Of a stretch of DNA of 64,000 bases, positions 27,966-40,671 are shown in pieces. A program made the translations under genes and the position numbers. This stretch comes from Eledone cirrhosa. Lineage: Eukaryota. Location: the NCBI GenBank assembly GCA_964016885.1, contig OZ024743.1, positions 95,728,001 to 95,792,000 on the forward strand, read 5' to 3'. The notes under the pieces were generated by a model, which saw only the letters and a list, made by a program, of their open reading frames with translations, was not told the DNA's origin and did not search any database. Within the stretch, counting starts at the first letter, position 1, and the number at the start of each line of letters is the position of its first letter.

Positions 27966-29849
27966 CATCTTTACGGTCGGAGTTCAAATCCCGCCGAGGT
28001 TAACTTTGCCTATCATCCTTACGGGGTCGATATAATAAAGTACCAGTAATGCACTGGTTTATTGGTGGCCTTGTGCCAAAAGTAGAAACAATTATCATAA
28101 AGGTATCGAACAGGACTATGAGGGGGGGGGGGGGTACACCTGTGCGATTTTCGCCCCTAATCAATCAAGTTGTTGGCAATAGACGCCAGAGGTTATGCAC
28201 CTGTTCCGTGTGAGCAGCTCGTAGTGGATGACACTACGTTGCTGCTACTGATGACGAGGATGAGGGGGATTATAATATTATTCTTGATGCTGTTATTTTT
28301 GTTGTTGTTGTTCTTGTCCTTGCCGTTCAAGCAGTATTTCATCCTTGAATATCCCAACGTAATCTATACCTACCTAATCTAACGTAAGCTCTTCTTTTCA
28401 AAGAGTGTAGGGCTTGATCTCTACATTTGTCTCTTATATCTAGCACAATGAGTGACCGTGTAGGAACCACATCTGAGGATTTACTGCAATAATTTATTCT
28501 CTGAAATAATTACGATTTTTGGTTCACTTTATTTAATCTACATTTACATGAACTTCCATATGGCTTTATATGCAATTCATATCAGCTGGAATCTACTTCA
28601 ACTTGATATCAACTACTTAGGAAGGAAATTCCAAGTTCACAAAATCACCTGCCCATTTCCTCCCTTCTTAACAGCTGTCCCAAATATATCAAAGCAACCA
28701 TCTCACACAATATAACCATACAATATATAGATAAGACAACAGAACGGTAAATCACACACAACAGCTCTCTAACATTCACAATGCACATGGTAGGCATACA
28801 CAAAACGTAGGTTAGTGAAGAGGGGGAAAATTCTACATCTTCGGGTGGACAGCATATTTCCGCTGCACCCGTGGATAAGATTACGAAAGAGTTGCAGCGT
28901 AGATCAGCCAGCGATACCCACTGCATCAACCATTCTACCTCATGGAGCTCATGCTCGATCAAAGCTTGCCTGGGTTTAAATAGCATTAGCAATACTGCTC
29001 AAATCTCAGGAGTAAATAATAACAATTATCAAACTCATATAACATCATATTTAATAATATACCGCACTAAAGATTGAAAACAAAACAATATTATATGATA
29101 AACTCTCTACAATATTCGTAACAATTATATATGAATAATAAAGTAAACGAAACGACAAAGAAACGTACTTAAAGTACTCACTGGTGTAAAACTTTGGTCA
29201 GGGGCACGAGCAAGGCATTAGAGTGCATTTACTTTGTAGTAATTGAGTCCTGTATAGGTTCTAATCTCTTACATAAGTAACAAGAACGGTTATGAAGGAA
29301 TACTTTCTCTCGTTGTAATATAAGAATAACAACAATATTATAACTATAACTAAATGATATATTGCCATTACTTGAGGTCCTGTGCTAATTTGATTTATAA
29401 TTTTCAAGTTAAAAACATCAGCAATATAATTAGAACGACGATTGATTTAGAATGACTGTCTTCAGAAAGGTCGATATACTGTCATCATTGATAATGAATG
29501 AAAACTAATCTTAGTTAAAACGTTAGTGGCTTAGTAGTAACTAAGATTTCAATGCAAGGTTTTAATTTCTACATTCAATAGAAAAGCAGCTTTCATCCCT
29601 GACTACGCGACTTAATGGATTACGGAAGTTCAACTATATTAATTAACGTCTAGGGAAAATACCCAGGGTCACACTGCAAATTTCATCATTAATCTAATGA
29701 TTATTAGTCTTCGTGACAGGTGTAATTTTAATCACACATAAACAAAATTTACATAATAACTGATGTGGTGTCAGGCTAACAAAATAATTACTTCTCCATG
29801 ATTGCACTTCAAATACGTATCAGAGGACACATACACAAGTTTAATCATA

Positions 29850-30230
29850 CATGCTGACATGGCTTAGGGGTTAAGAGATTCGTTTCGCAAACAGTTGGTT
29901 CTGGGTTCAGTTCTGCTGTATGGCACCTTGGCCATGTGTCTTCTAATATAACGTCAGGTTGACCAATACCTTGTCAGCGTAATTTGGTAGACGAAAGCCA
30001 CAAAGGTCTGTCGTACATGCATACATACGTACGTACGTATAGGTGTGTGTGTCTCTCGGTCTGTGTTTAAGCTTTTGTTTGTGTTTATGTCCCGTAGCCT
30101 AGTGGTTTGTCAAAAATAAGATTGATAAAATAAGTACCAGACTTGAAAAAATAAGTACCGGGGTCGATATGTTCAACTAAATCAAAGCAGTTCCCCAGCA
30201 TTGTTGCAGTCTGCACACAAGCAAAGAATA
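29850..30230 (+). mobile_element. Third SINE family copy (relative at ~39700-39995)
   Basis: TGGCTTAGGGGTTAAG..GGGTTCAGTTC head. The body CCTTGG..GTCTTCT..GACCAAT and the tail AAAAATAAGTAC are shared between copies. Confidence 0.65.
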
Positions 30231-31424
30231 AACTAAAAGGATATGTCTACAAGCTATTGTTGGTTAAAGAGCAACTGTCAGAGAAACCAGGAACCAAGAT
30301 TGCCTTGACAGAAGACAGTCACGATTAGGATATCTGCCTGTTGAAACATGCACTGCAGTGAACCTAGTCTCTTTAGGTTATGGATTTGGGAATGAGTAGA
30401 AGGGTAGGTTTTTAGAAACAACTTCCGAAATGTTAATTTAATAGTGTAACAACTTTATTTTCGTTAAGTTAATGCTATAATGGTTGTATTATCATATTAT
30501 GGGTGCTTCTTGCTACGAATATTGACGTGTCAGAACGAGATCCATCCACGAAGCAAATAACCACGATATTCTCTAGGTATCATAACATGAGCTTAATATC
30601 ATGATTAATACGTTGTGGTGGATAAGCGAAATTGGTAGAGCGACGGATAAAATGCGATTGAAGCATTTATTCTGGATCTTTATACACAGAGTTCAAATAC
30701 TGCCAAGGTCAATATTGACTTTCATTCTTCAAAGATGAATAAAATAAAGTACCAGTCAAGCGCTGGAGCTGATTTAAGCAACTTTGTTTTTTCCCCTAAA
30801 TTTACTGGTCTTGTGCCTAAATTAGAAATTAATATCGATGCCTGCAGAATGATCATGGAAATCGATAACATGCAACTGATAAGAGGAAGCAGAAGGTATG
30901 TCTACACAAGCATGAACGCTATGAAAAAGAGGAATGTTATATGCAGGATAAAAAGGAACTGGTCGACTTCCTTTATAGAAGAAATTGAAATATTTCTCCC
31001 AATTATATATTTGGAATTGCATTTCTTCGCTTGTATGAGTGGATTTAAGATATAAATTAATTTAATTTGTCACCATATGACTTTCAACTATCGATTTATG
31101 AGACACAAACAAAAATAAAAATATACACAATAACTGGTGCGAGTACATGTGAATATATATAGTATAACATCTCTGAGATCTGCCATAAACTCGATATTAC
31201 ATCATAACACACAGATGTACCCATACTTGTATAAGATGTTGTGAGATGCAGAACAAATTTTATAAGCAGTAATATCGAGGCAGTGATATTAACTTAAAAT
31301 ACAGAATATTTTAAAAGGTTATAGGGAGACAGCTTGATCTATTCATGACAAATTCTATCTTATGCGATACATCTTAGAGTTGGTCCCTAAGTAACCTAGA
31401 ATAAGTGGGATCAATCTCAACTTA

Positions 31425-32070
31425 GATCAACCGAAAGCTTTTGATAATTCCCAACCATCGGTGCTTGGCGACAGTGCTGAAGGCAGCCGGTTTGTCCAGA
31501 CTTCCAAACAGACAAACCCTGGGATGAGGTATCGATCAGAGAGGTAACACTCACCTAGAATGGGCTGAGAGGACGTTATCCCTGAAGATTGCGCAGAGGT
31601 GCCGCATTCATGACATTCATGTACTACCACGTGACCGTCGTGCTCTGTCCTTGTCCACGTCGGTCTGTACTGCAGTGTTTGCTTTTTCGGTTTTTGTGGA
31701 GGTTGCCCATTTGTTGTCAACACCCGCTGCATGGAGGACAGGGCATTCCATGGCTGATGATGCGCAAACATGCGTTGTGGCAACTACATATCCAGCTTTA
31801 CCTGAATAGGGAGTGGTCATTGTTGGCTTAACGCGTTTTTCCTCCAGCTCGTCTACTGGGCGGAGCTGCTGACCTGGGTCATAGAGAGGAAGCGCTTGAA
31901 AACTGGAATGTCTTCAGGCATTCACAGCCATCTGCCAATCGGACATGGGGAAACTCCACATTGGCGTTCAATTGATAATTATTGGCGGGTAAAAGTGATA
32001 TGTTCTTGGGGAGGCTCTGGGTGTCGACGAAAATCAACCACTCTTTTCCGGAGGACTTTCGATCTAGTGA
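31425..32070 (+). mobile_element. Degraded L1-Tx1 ORF2 fragment
   Basis: ICCQHPLHGGQGIPWLMMRKHAL matches ICCQHPLRGGLGMLWLMMRRHAL of the 41398-42177 ORF. Confidence 0.8.
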
Positions 32071-33653
32071 CCATGGAATTCCAAAGTATTTTTTTCACTT
32101 GCAATATCGAACTCAATTTCGTCTGAATGGTTTTGTTGCTCTTTTTGATTTGATCTTATTAAGGAGTTGTATCCATGACCTTCTCAAGCCCTCCAATATT
32201 GGTGAGGTTGGCATAACTTATGTTCCACTTGTAAAATTTGATTTGACGTTTGTAGGAAAAGCATGGATGTGGAGGGAATTTCATAGAGCCAACGCTCTGG
32301 AAACAAAGGACTGGGCTTAATGATTAATGCGGAGAAAAGCACAATATAGATTATCAGAAGTGGAGAAATGAATGAGTTTTATGGTGGTGGTGGCATAGAA
32401 ACTCAGTGGGCAGATACTCCTGAAATAGCAGTTGAATGAATTAGTATTAAGGGTGTATTAGCAAGAGACGTTATCATAATCAGTAGAATGGTTATTTTTT
32501 CTCTTATTGGCAAAAATACTTGTGAAATTGTCTGTGTTTGACTAGGCAGGCTCTTTTAGTTACAGACACAATTCATTTTTATCAGTTGAGTGAATTGGAT
32601 CAACGGGAAATAAAATGTCTTGCTCAGACACAACACACCACTGAGAATCGAACTCATGACCTTACGATCGTGAGCGGAACACTCTAATTACTAAGGCAAG
32701 TGCGCGCAAAGTTTGGAATATACGTCACATTGGCACAATCATCAATGTGTTGGATTAAACGATTCGGTAATTGTTCTGGCTCTCTGTGGTTTGTGTTCAA
32801 ATCCGACTGGAGTTGATTTCGTCTCTCATCATTTCGGGATCGATAAATAAAGTACAAATCCATAACCAAAGAAATTGTGGAATTGTTAGAGAATCGGACG
32901 GGGTTCTTTGTGATATCCGTGCCTACCAAATTAAATCCCATTTCCTGTTAACTGGAATGTGGTGATGCTTCGGCCAGGATTGTAATGGACAGATAGTTTC
33001 AACAATGGAAAACCCAATAAAGCATAGTTTCTTTGGGCCAATCTCACAGCCTGCTGTTTCCATTTTATATATTTAAGTCAGAGCAAATATAATATTTGCA
33101 TAGACATGTCTTTTCTAAATCTATTATCACCATATGTAGAATGAATCGAAACAATATCTCTAATCAAAATATCTATTACATTTTGTTTTCAATAATAACA
33201 TGGCACTTATTTATTTAAATGGTCTACTTTAGCTATTATGAATATTTCAGACACATAAAGCCATCATTTCTTTCCATTATTTTCTCTTTCAATACAACAA
33301 CATACCAACAGTAATTTCCGTTTGTCTTCTGACATAGGAAAGTTGTTAGAATGTTGGATAGAAGGGTTTGTGGCGTTCGTTCTAGCTCTCTGTGATCTGT
33401 GTTCAAATCACACCGAGATGATCTTTGGCTTTCATCCTTTCAAAGTCTATAAAAATGTACCAGTCCAGTACTGAGATCGAGTATTCTTCTATATCTCATT
33501 GTCACTTCCTCCCTATCGCGTTCTCTCATTCTCTGCAAGAAATAGGCTGTGTTCAGACCTGGAGAGGTGATGGCTTCCACCATCTTTTAAAATGATCATG
33601 AAATGCCGTATATCACTAAGAGTCGTAACGAATGCCCACCAGTATTTGTTGGT

Positions 33654-33742
<89 letters not shown>

Positions 33743-33749
<7 letters not shown>

Positions 33750-33943
33750 AGAGTCAGGACCCTGACGGCAGAGCTCAAGCCGTTTCGACAGCTATTTCTG
33801 GACTGTCCCGAAATAGCTGTCGAAACGGCTTGAGCTCTGCCGTCGGGGTCCTGAATCTTTTCATATTACCCACTCTACTACCCAAAGTATCGAGTACTCG
33901 GGTCTGTTATGGTCCATCTGGTTCCTGACCACACTTCCTTCGT
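33743..33943 (+). mobile_element. Palindromic Penelope pseudo-LTR fragment in (TA)n
   Basis: Inverted arms 33743-33865, with the same design as 18425-18622. Confidence 0.8.
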
Positions 33944-33957
33944 TATATATATATATA

Positions 33958-35897
33958 TAACGAAAGAAATGTGGTAAGGAACCAGGTGGACCATAACGCA
34001 CCAAAGTACTCAATACTTAGAGTAGTAGAGTGGGTAATAGGAACGAGTAGGACCCCGACGGCTGAGCTCAAGCCGTTTCGACGGCTAATTCAGGACTAAG
34101 TGAAAATTTATCCTGGTATTTGAATAGCCGAACTTAGCTCCCATTAGCGGAACCAGCAGGCGACACCGCCGCTCACGCAACGTGACATGGTTCAATCCTC
34201 CCCACAACGCTGAGGTGACAACTCCCATCGGGAAAATATTCTTTAGGCTCATTGAAAAACACTTCCCACTACAACACCGCTACCACAACATAATTAACAA
34301 AAATACCATCAAACTCTCTTACAGCACTACACCAAACTTTGCACAAAACATCGTCTCCTCCAACAACAAAAAACTCAACCCCGATGGAAGAAATAACCTA
34401 AATAGCAGTGGAGAGCCGACCAGGAGGTGTAACTGTCCTGATGGATCCATTTTCCCCCTCGACAACAAATGCAGAGATCGTAATGTGATCTACCAGTGCA
34501 ACGTGAGGACGGACACCTCCAACAAAGCTTATATAGGATTAACCGCTTGTGACTTCAAGACCCGGCTATTACAAAACAGACATACCTTCCGAAACCCGGC
34601 CCGGCGTCATGCCACTACACTTTCGGGCCACATATGGGACCTCAAGGATAACAACATTACCTATGATCTCACTTGGAGTTTACTGTCCAGAGCCAACTCC
34701 TACACGGGAGGACGCCGTCCGTGCAATTTATGCTCGGAGGAAACTTTACAAATGCTGTTTTCAACGGACCAACTCCTAAACAAGAAAGATGAACTGGTTA
34801 CTGCATGTAAACACAGATTGCGTAGGACTTACCTCGCTCTCAAACCCCATAATGACCCGGGGGGGGGGGGGGGTAGACTAAGGCCATAACACCCCACTTG
34901 CCGATTTTGTAATGGGTAACCCCTGCTTGCTAAGGGAGAAGTAAGATCTTCTTTTATATCTTTTTATCGCTTCCTCTATATTCCCTTCTTCCCCCCTTCC
35001 CTCCCTAGTCCTTCCACCCCAGTTCTTTTTTTTTTTTGTCGTCGTCTTTTTCTGCCCACCCGAGGCAGCCGCTCGGTCCCTTGTAGCCTCAGTACCCCCA
35101 CCCCTTTTCTGTGCTTTCTATATTTCTTAGTGGCATCTTTGCTTTAATTTTTCGTTTATCAGTATTTTTTTTTTGGGGGGGGGGGGGGGGTCGAACTAAT
35201 TTTCCGTATTTTACTTTTACTTCGTACGAGCTTTTATGTAGCTTGTACTAACACTTTTGTATTGTGGCAGTACCTTTAGAGACAGTATTAGTATTCTTCT
35301 TCGCGACTCTGAATTATTATTTCTTACTAGTTTACCTTTTTGCACTGGGTGGTTGCTGGCCTTGTGCTTGGGGTAGAAACCTTTATTATTTCGTGGTAGT
35401 TTCTTTAGTATTTTGGCCCCTCACTTGTAGACCCGTCACCGTTTGATATATGTACTTATACCTCTTAAAGGGTCTCTTTTTAATTCCGTCCCACCTAATA
35501 TATTTCTTTAGCATAGCAATAGTGAAAGACTTAGGTCGTAGTATTCAGAATTCGTTTATTTTCTTTTTTACTTTTAATCGCTTTTTAACACTCTCAGTTT
35601 TTTTTCTATATATTTACACCCCATTGTTCTACTTACTGTTTCGACTTCCTCCCCCTCTCCTTCTTTCTCCTACTGGCAGGTTCAGCTACACCCCCCCCCC
35701 CACAAATTGCCATCATAGAATTATTATGTCTCAACTACTAACTTTTTGACCAATCCCTGTGACAATCACTTTGACCATATATGGAATTACCCCTTGAGAA
35801 GTTCGGCTATTCAAATACCAGGATAAATTTTCACTTAGTCCTGAATTAGCCGTCGAAACAGCTTGAGCTCAGCCGTCAGGGTCCTACTCGTTCCTAT
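33958..35897 (+). mobile_element. 5'-truncated Penelope element: inverted pLTR (33958-34135), GIY-YIG ORF (34182-34889) and 3' pLTR
   Basis: WFNPPH, CNC, NVIYQC, AYIGLT and CNLC. ~34038-34135 is the reverse complement of ~35799-35897. Bounded by (TA)n. Confidence 0.9.
35789..35882 (+). ncRNA. Type I hammerhead ribozyme, U3-A8 core variant
   Basis: ACCCC TTGAGAA GttCGGCTATTC..GAAtTAGCCGtC GAAAC aGC tTGAGCTCA GCc GTC aGGGT. The inverted sister copy restores GGC/GCC and GGGGT. Confidence 0.75.
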
Positions 35898-35911
35898 ATA
35901 TATATATATAT

Positions 35912-37420
35912 ATATTATATTATATTTAGAGTTATAAACTCAAGCAGTCCTTTACAATTAATTAGCTCAAAGAAAGAAGCATTTCTGAGCCGTGAAATAC
36001 AAGTAATATAAATTAATATATGATAAACACATAAGTGTTTGTATTGTAAATGACTAAGTTAGCTAGAATGAAATAAACTAATTCAAATAAATATAGTTTG
36101 CCTGTCTCGATTTAAAATAATAAATCAATAAAAACAAACCCATACTGGTAATAACCGTGATACCTGGAGAAATTAAAATCTCAAAATCCAAACCTGTTCC
36201 GCAGACAAATTTGAATTTCAAAACCCAAATAAGTTTCACAACGATAGTATAAAAAAGTGAAAGATTCCATTTTCTGTGTTCATCAACAGGTATCCAGAAA
36301 ATTAGGATGTTTCACCTCGAAATATTTTTGGAGTTCTGGTGTACAAGCGCAAAACGCACGTGGTTTTCCAGCTCACTAGCTATCCCCATATTGATGGTGC
36401 TAGAAATAACAGCCGTTGATACGGGATTAAAATTTAGCTCAACAAAAGGAGCTGTAATATTATATTATATTTAGAATTATAAACTCAAGCAGTCCTTTAC
36501 AATTAATTAGCTCAAAGAAAGAAGCATTTCTGAGCCGTGAGACCTCCAAAAATATTTCGAGGTGAAACATCCTAATTTTCTGGATACCTGTTGATGAACA
36601 CAGAAAATGGAATCTTTCACTTTTTTATACTATCGTTGTGAAACTTATTTGGGTTTTGAAATTCAAATTTGTCTGCGGAACAGGTTTGGATTTTGAGATT
36701 TTAATTTCTCCAGGTATCACGGTTATTACCAGTATGGGTTTGTTTTTATTGATTTATTATTTTAAATCGAGACAGGCAAACTATATTTATTTGAATTAGT
36801 TTATTTCATTCTAGCTAATTTAGTCATTTACAATACAAACACTTATGTGTTTATCATATATTAATTTATATTACTTGTATTTCACGACTCAGAAATGCTT
36901 CTTTCTTTGAACTAATTAATTGTAAAGGACTGCTTGAGTTTATAACTCTAAATATAATATAATATTACGGCTCCTTTTGTTGAGCTAAATTTTAATCCCG
37001 TATAAACGGCTGTTATTTCTAGCACTATCAATATGGGGATAGCTAGTGAGCTGGAAAACCACGTGCGTTTTGCGCTTGTACACCAGACCTCCAAAAATAT
37101 TTCGAGGTGAAACATCCTAATTTTCTGGATACCTGTTGATGAACACAGAAAATGGAATCTTTCACTTTTTTATACTATCGTTGTGAAACTTATTTGGGTT
37201 TTGAAATTCAAATTTGTCTGCGGAACAGGTTTGGATTTTGAGATTTTAATTTCTCCAGGTATCACGGTTATTACCAGTATGGGTTTGTTTTTATTGATTT
37301 ATTATTTTAAATCGAGACAGGCAAACTATATTTATTTGAATTAGTTTATTTCATTCTAGCTAACTTAGTCATTTACAATACAAACACTTATGTGTTTATC
37401 ATATATTAATTTATATTACT

Positions 37421-37425
<5 letters not shown>
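35912..37425. mobile_element. ORF-less 545-bp unit in tandem and inverted, permuted copies
   Basis: AAACTCAAGC at 35936 and 36481; GACCTCC at 36541 and 37086. Orientation flips at 36540/36541. (TA)n lies at both ends. Confidence 0.85.
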
Positions 37426-37474
<49 letters not shown>

Positions 37475-37895
37475 GTTAGTCCTTCATCAGTGATCTTCCA
37501 ACCATCATTGGTATTTCATCGCTTTAAAGACCATATACCTCCGGTTGGTGCGAGCAACGGCTAAAAAAAGTCGTTGGGACACGTAAATAAAGGGGACGCG
37601 AGTGTAAACAAACAAAAATGGTGAAGCAACGAAAAGTGAGGAAGATATATATATATACAAGTAAAAATTAGCGAGAATCGAATTTCAGCCTATGAAATAA
37701 CGAAAAAACACTTTCGAATTGTGAGGCAAGCGCTCAATAATTCAAAAGAATTAGAGCTTACAACTTACGTTAAAGGCCAAACACACTGAGATGGTGGTTA
37801 AACTAATTATCCACACAGCGAAGATTCGATCTCCTATTTCGGGTCAAACAGATATACAGATATAAAAATATATGAAAGCATAAATGTTTTATAAA

Positions 37896-37957
<62 letters not shown>

Positions 37958-39480
37958 CGGTAAGAAAATAGAAATCTTTTGCTACTGTGTGATATAATTC
38001 CCAATATAAACCAAAGAAACAAGTTGAAACTGCAGAAAATAAAAGACAGTCTATAGAGTTCTGAGATTTCACTTGGTGAATATTATTGTTTCTACTTTTG
38101 GCACAAGGCCAGCAATTACCCAGTGTATTACTGGTACTTTATTTTATCGACCCCGTAAGGATGAAAGGCAAAGTTAACCTCGGCGGGATTTGAACTCAGA
38201 ATGGCAAGGGCCGTAACTCTATGCGTCAAAGCATGGCGTCCGACCTTCTACCGATACTGCCAATCCACAATGAAACCAATATAGCTAACACTAATAACAA
38301 TGTTCTTAAAGAGTAATTCCTCGGTTCTATTTTTCCTTTTGGTGGAGGGACTACCAACCTTCACATCATAAGTTGTTACCAGATCATGGATGAAGACAAA
38401 ATATTTTTAAAGGTTAATTGATGCGTGTTGTGTTTTTATTTTAACGAAATTCATTGAACTTTTCAGTTTTTAATTAGAATCCTGCCATCAAATATACATT
38501 TTTGAATTTTAAATGCAGCGAAAGGTTATTCAATATATACAGAGTATATATTGTTTATTTTTTCTTTCTCCAATTAGAGATTGGGGTTTAGATAAAGTAA
38601 TTGCTTAAACTATAAACGTTAAAATTAGAACAGGTTTCGCAAAAGTGCCTATAGAATTAAAGTTTCCTCGTGATGCGGGTAAATATCTTGCAAGGATTTT
38701 CTACGAACAATTTTAATGTTTGATTAATGATATAGATAGAAACAAAACAATTTCCCAAAACATTGTGAATATTGCTTTCTTTGACATAAACCCGATTCGA
38801 GTCAATTCTTTGAAATAAAGACACAATTATCAGTGACGCAAAAATGCAATGTAAAACAAAAACAACGGATACGGTTTAATGGAAGCAACGGATTGTTTTA
38901 TGGTACGTGAGTTGAAATAGGTAAAGACTCTCTTCGGTCACAAATAACCATGGGATTTGCACCTAGAGGCACAAGTCCGGGCAAGGTTGTTTGTGGAAGA
39001 CCAGCAGTCCCACATGGATACCAGCCTCGCCTCTCCACGCCACCAATGATGTCCAAGGAAAAGGCAATGCCCGATACAGCTTGGCACCAGTGAGTAAACT
39101 GGAGCAACAGGAAATAGAGTGTCTTGCTTAAGGAGACAACGCATCACCCGGTCCGAGAAATAACATATCAGATATCATAAGATGTAATCAGAGGCTTGGA
39201 TTCCTTTCTAATTTACGTTTGAAAAATAAATTTTACATCTCATTTGAAAAATAATATCCTGTTTAGCATATTCGCTGAAATGTTAATATCCTATTTCAAA
39301 TATTCTAATATCCTATTTTAACATACAATTTAAAATTCTAGTATTTAATATCCATTTCTTTTGCTAAGTCTTTGCCTAGTGTCATATTTTTAATCGATTC
39401 CATGTGTCAACTTTTGAATAAATAAACTATTTCTATGACTGCACATCAAAATATATATTCAAGAACATATTTTGTTTATA

Positions 39481-39677
39481 CAGGGGTGAGCTGAAAATTC
39501 ATAGGGTGACTATGAAGAAGTGAAGCTAGAAGTGTGAAATATTGTATGCATGAATTTCAACTCTTCTTATTAATGAATGTATTGTTTCTTTCCAGGGACT
39601 ATGATGAAAAATAAATCTCATTTGGTCGTTCCAGGAGAGTATCGTGGTTAGCTTATGAACTTTTCAGTCGACCTTCG
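39481..39677 (+). mobile_element. Mariner-derived MITE
   Basis: Imperfect ~30 bp TIRs preceded by TA. The left part matches the reverse complement of 27080-27175 (mariner 5' end). Confidence 0.7.
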
Positions 39678-40236
39678 AATATTAAAAAGAACATCATGAC
39701 TTTGTTGATAAGGAGTTCGCTTCGCAACCCTGTGGTTCCGGGTTCAATCCTGCAGCATCGGGCCTTGGGATATTGTCTTCTGTAGTCTCAGGTGGACCAA
39801 TGCCTTTTGGATGAAAGTTTGTAAACGAACTCTGCAGAAGACCGACGTACATATATGCGTGTAGGTGTATATATATGTGAGCGTCGGTTAGTGTTTGTGC
39901 TTACGTTTTTGTCAGCTTATGTCTCGAAACTTAGCAGTACGACAAAAAGAGATCGATAGAATATGTATCAGATTGAAAAAATAAGTACTGGGGTTGGGGT
40001 GAGGTTAACTTTGCCTTTCATGCTAACGGAGGTCGATAAAATAAAGTACCAGTAATACACTGTGATAATTGCTGGCCATGTGCCAAAAAAAAAAACAATT
40101 ATTATCGACTAAATCAAGGCAGAGCCCTAATATGACCGTGGTCTGATAACTGATACTAGTAAAGACTTAATACTTTAGATAGTCTGTAGTCGCCATTCAA
40201 TATGTAAGTACAATACGTAACATGTAAGACATAGCC

Positions 40237-40670
40237 AGTGAAATATAACTATCAAACAGTTGGTACTGTCATACAGTGAAACATACCTATGAAACATGTG
40301 GTACTGTCATACAGTGTAATATACCTATCAAACAGTTGGTACTGCCATACAGTGAAATATTCCTATCAAACATGTGGTACTGTCATACAGTGTAATATAC
40401 CTATCAAACAGTTGGTACTGTCATACAGTGAAATATTCCTATCAAACATGTGGTACTGTCATACAGTGTAATATACCTATCAAACAGTTGGTACTGTCAT
40501 ACAGTGAAATATACCTATCAAACATGTGGTACTGTCATACAGTGAAATATACCTATCAAACAGGTGGTACTGTCATACAGTGAAATATATCTATCAAACA
40601 TGTGGTACTGTCATACAGTGAAATATACCTATCAAACAGGTGATACTGTCATACAGTGAAATATACCTAT
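40237..40670. repeat. 38-bp minisatellite with alternating variants (76-bp higher order)
   Basis: GGTACTGTCATACAGTG(A/T)AATATACCTATCAAACA(TGT/GTT), period 38. Confidence 0.95.
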
Positions 40671-40671
40671 A

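Noticed and set aside
28645-28992. 115 aa minus ORF (also the complex segments 10640-11050 and 16480-16670)
   Set aside because: No recognisable domain or reliable splice/coding signal, so they cannot be assigned.
37478-37495. CTGATGA on the minus strand
   Set aside because: No stem II or GAAA follows before the (TA)n tract.
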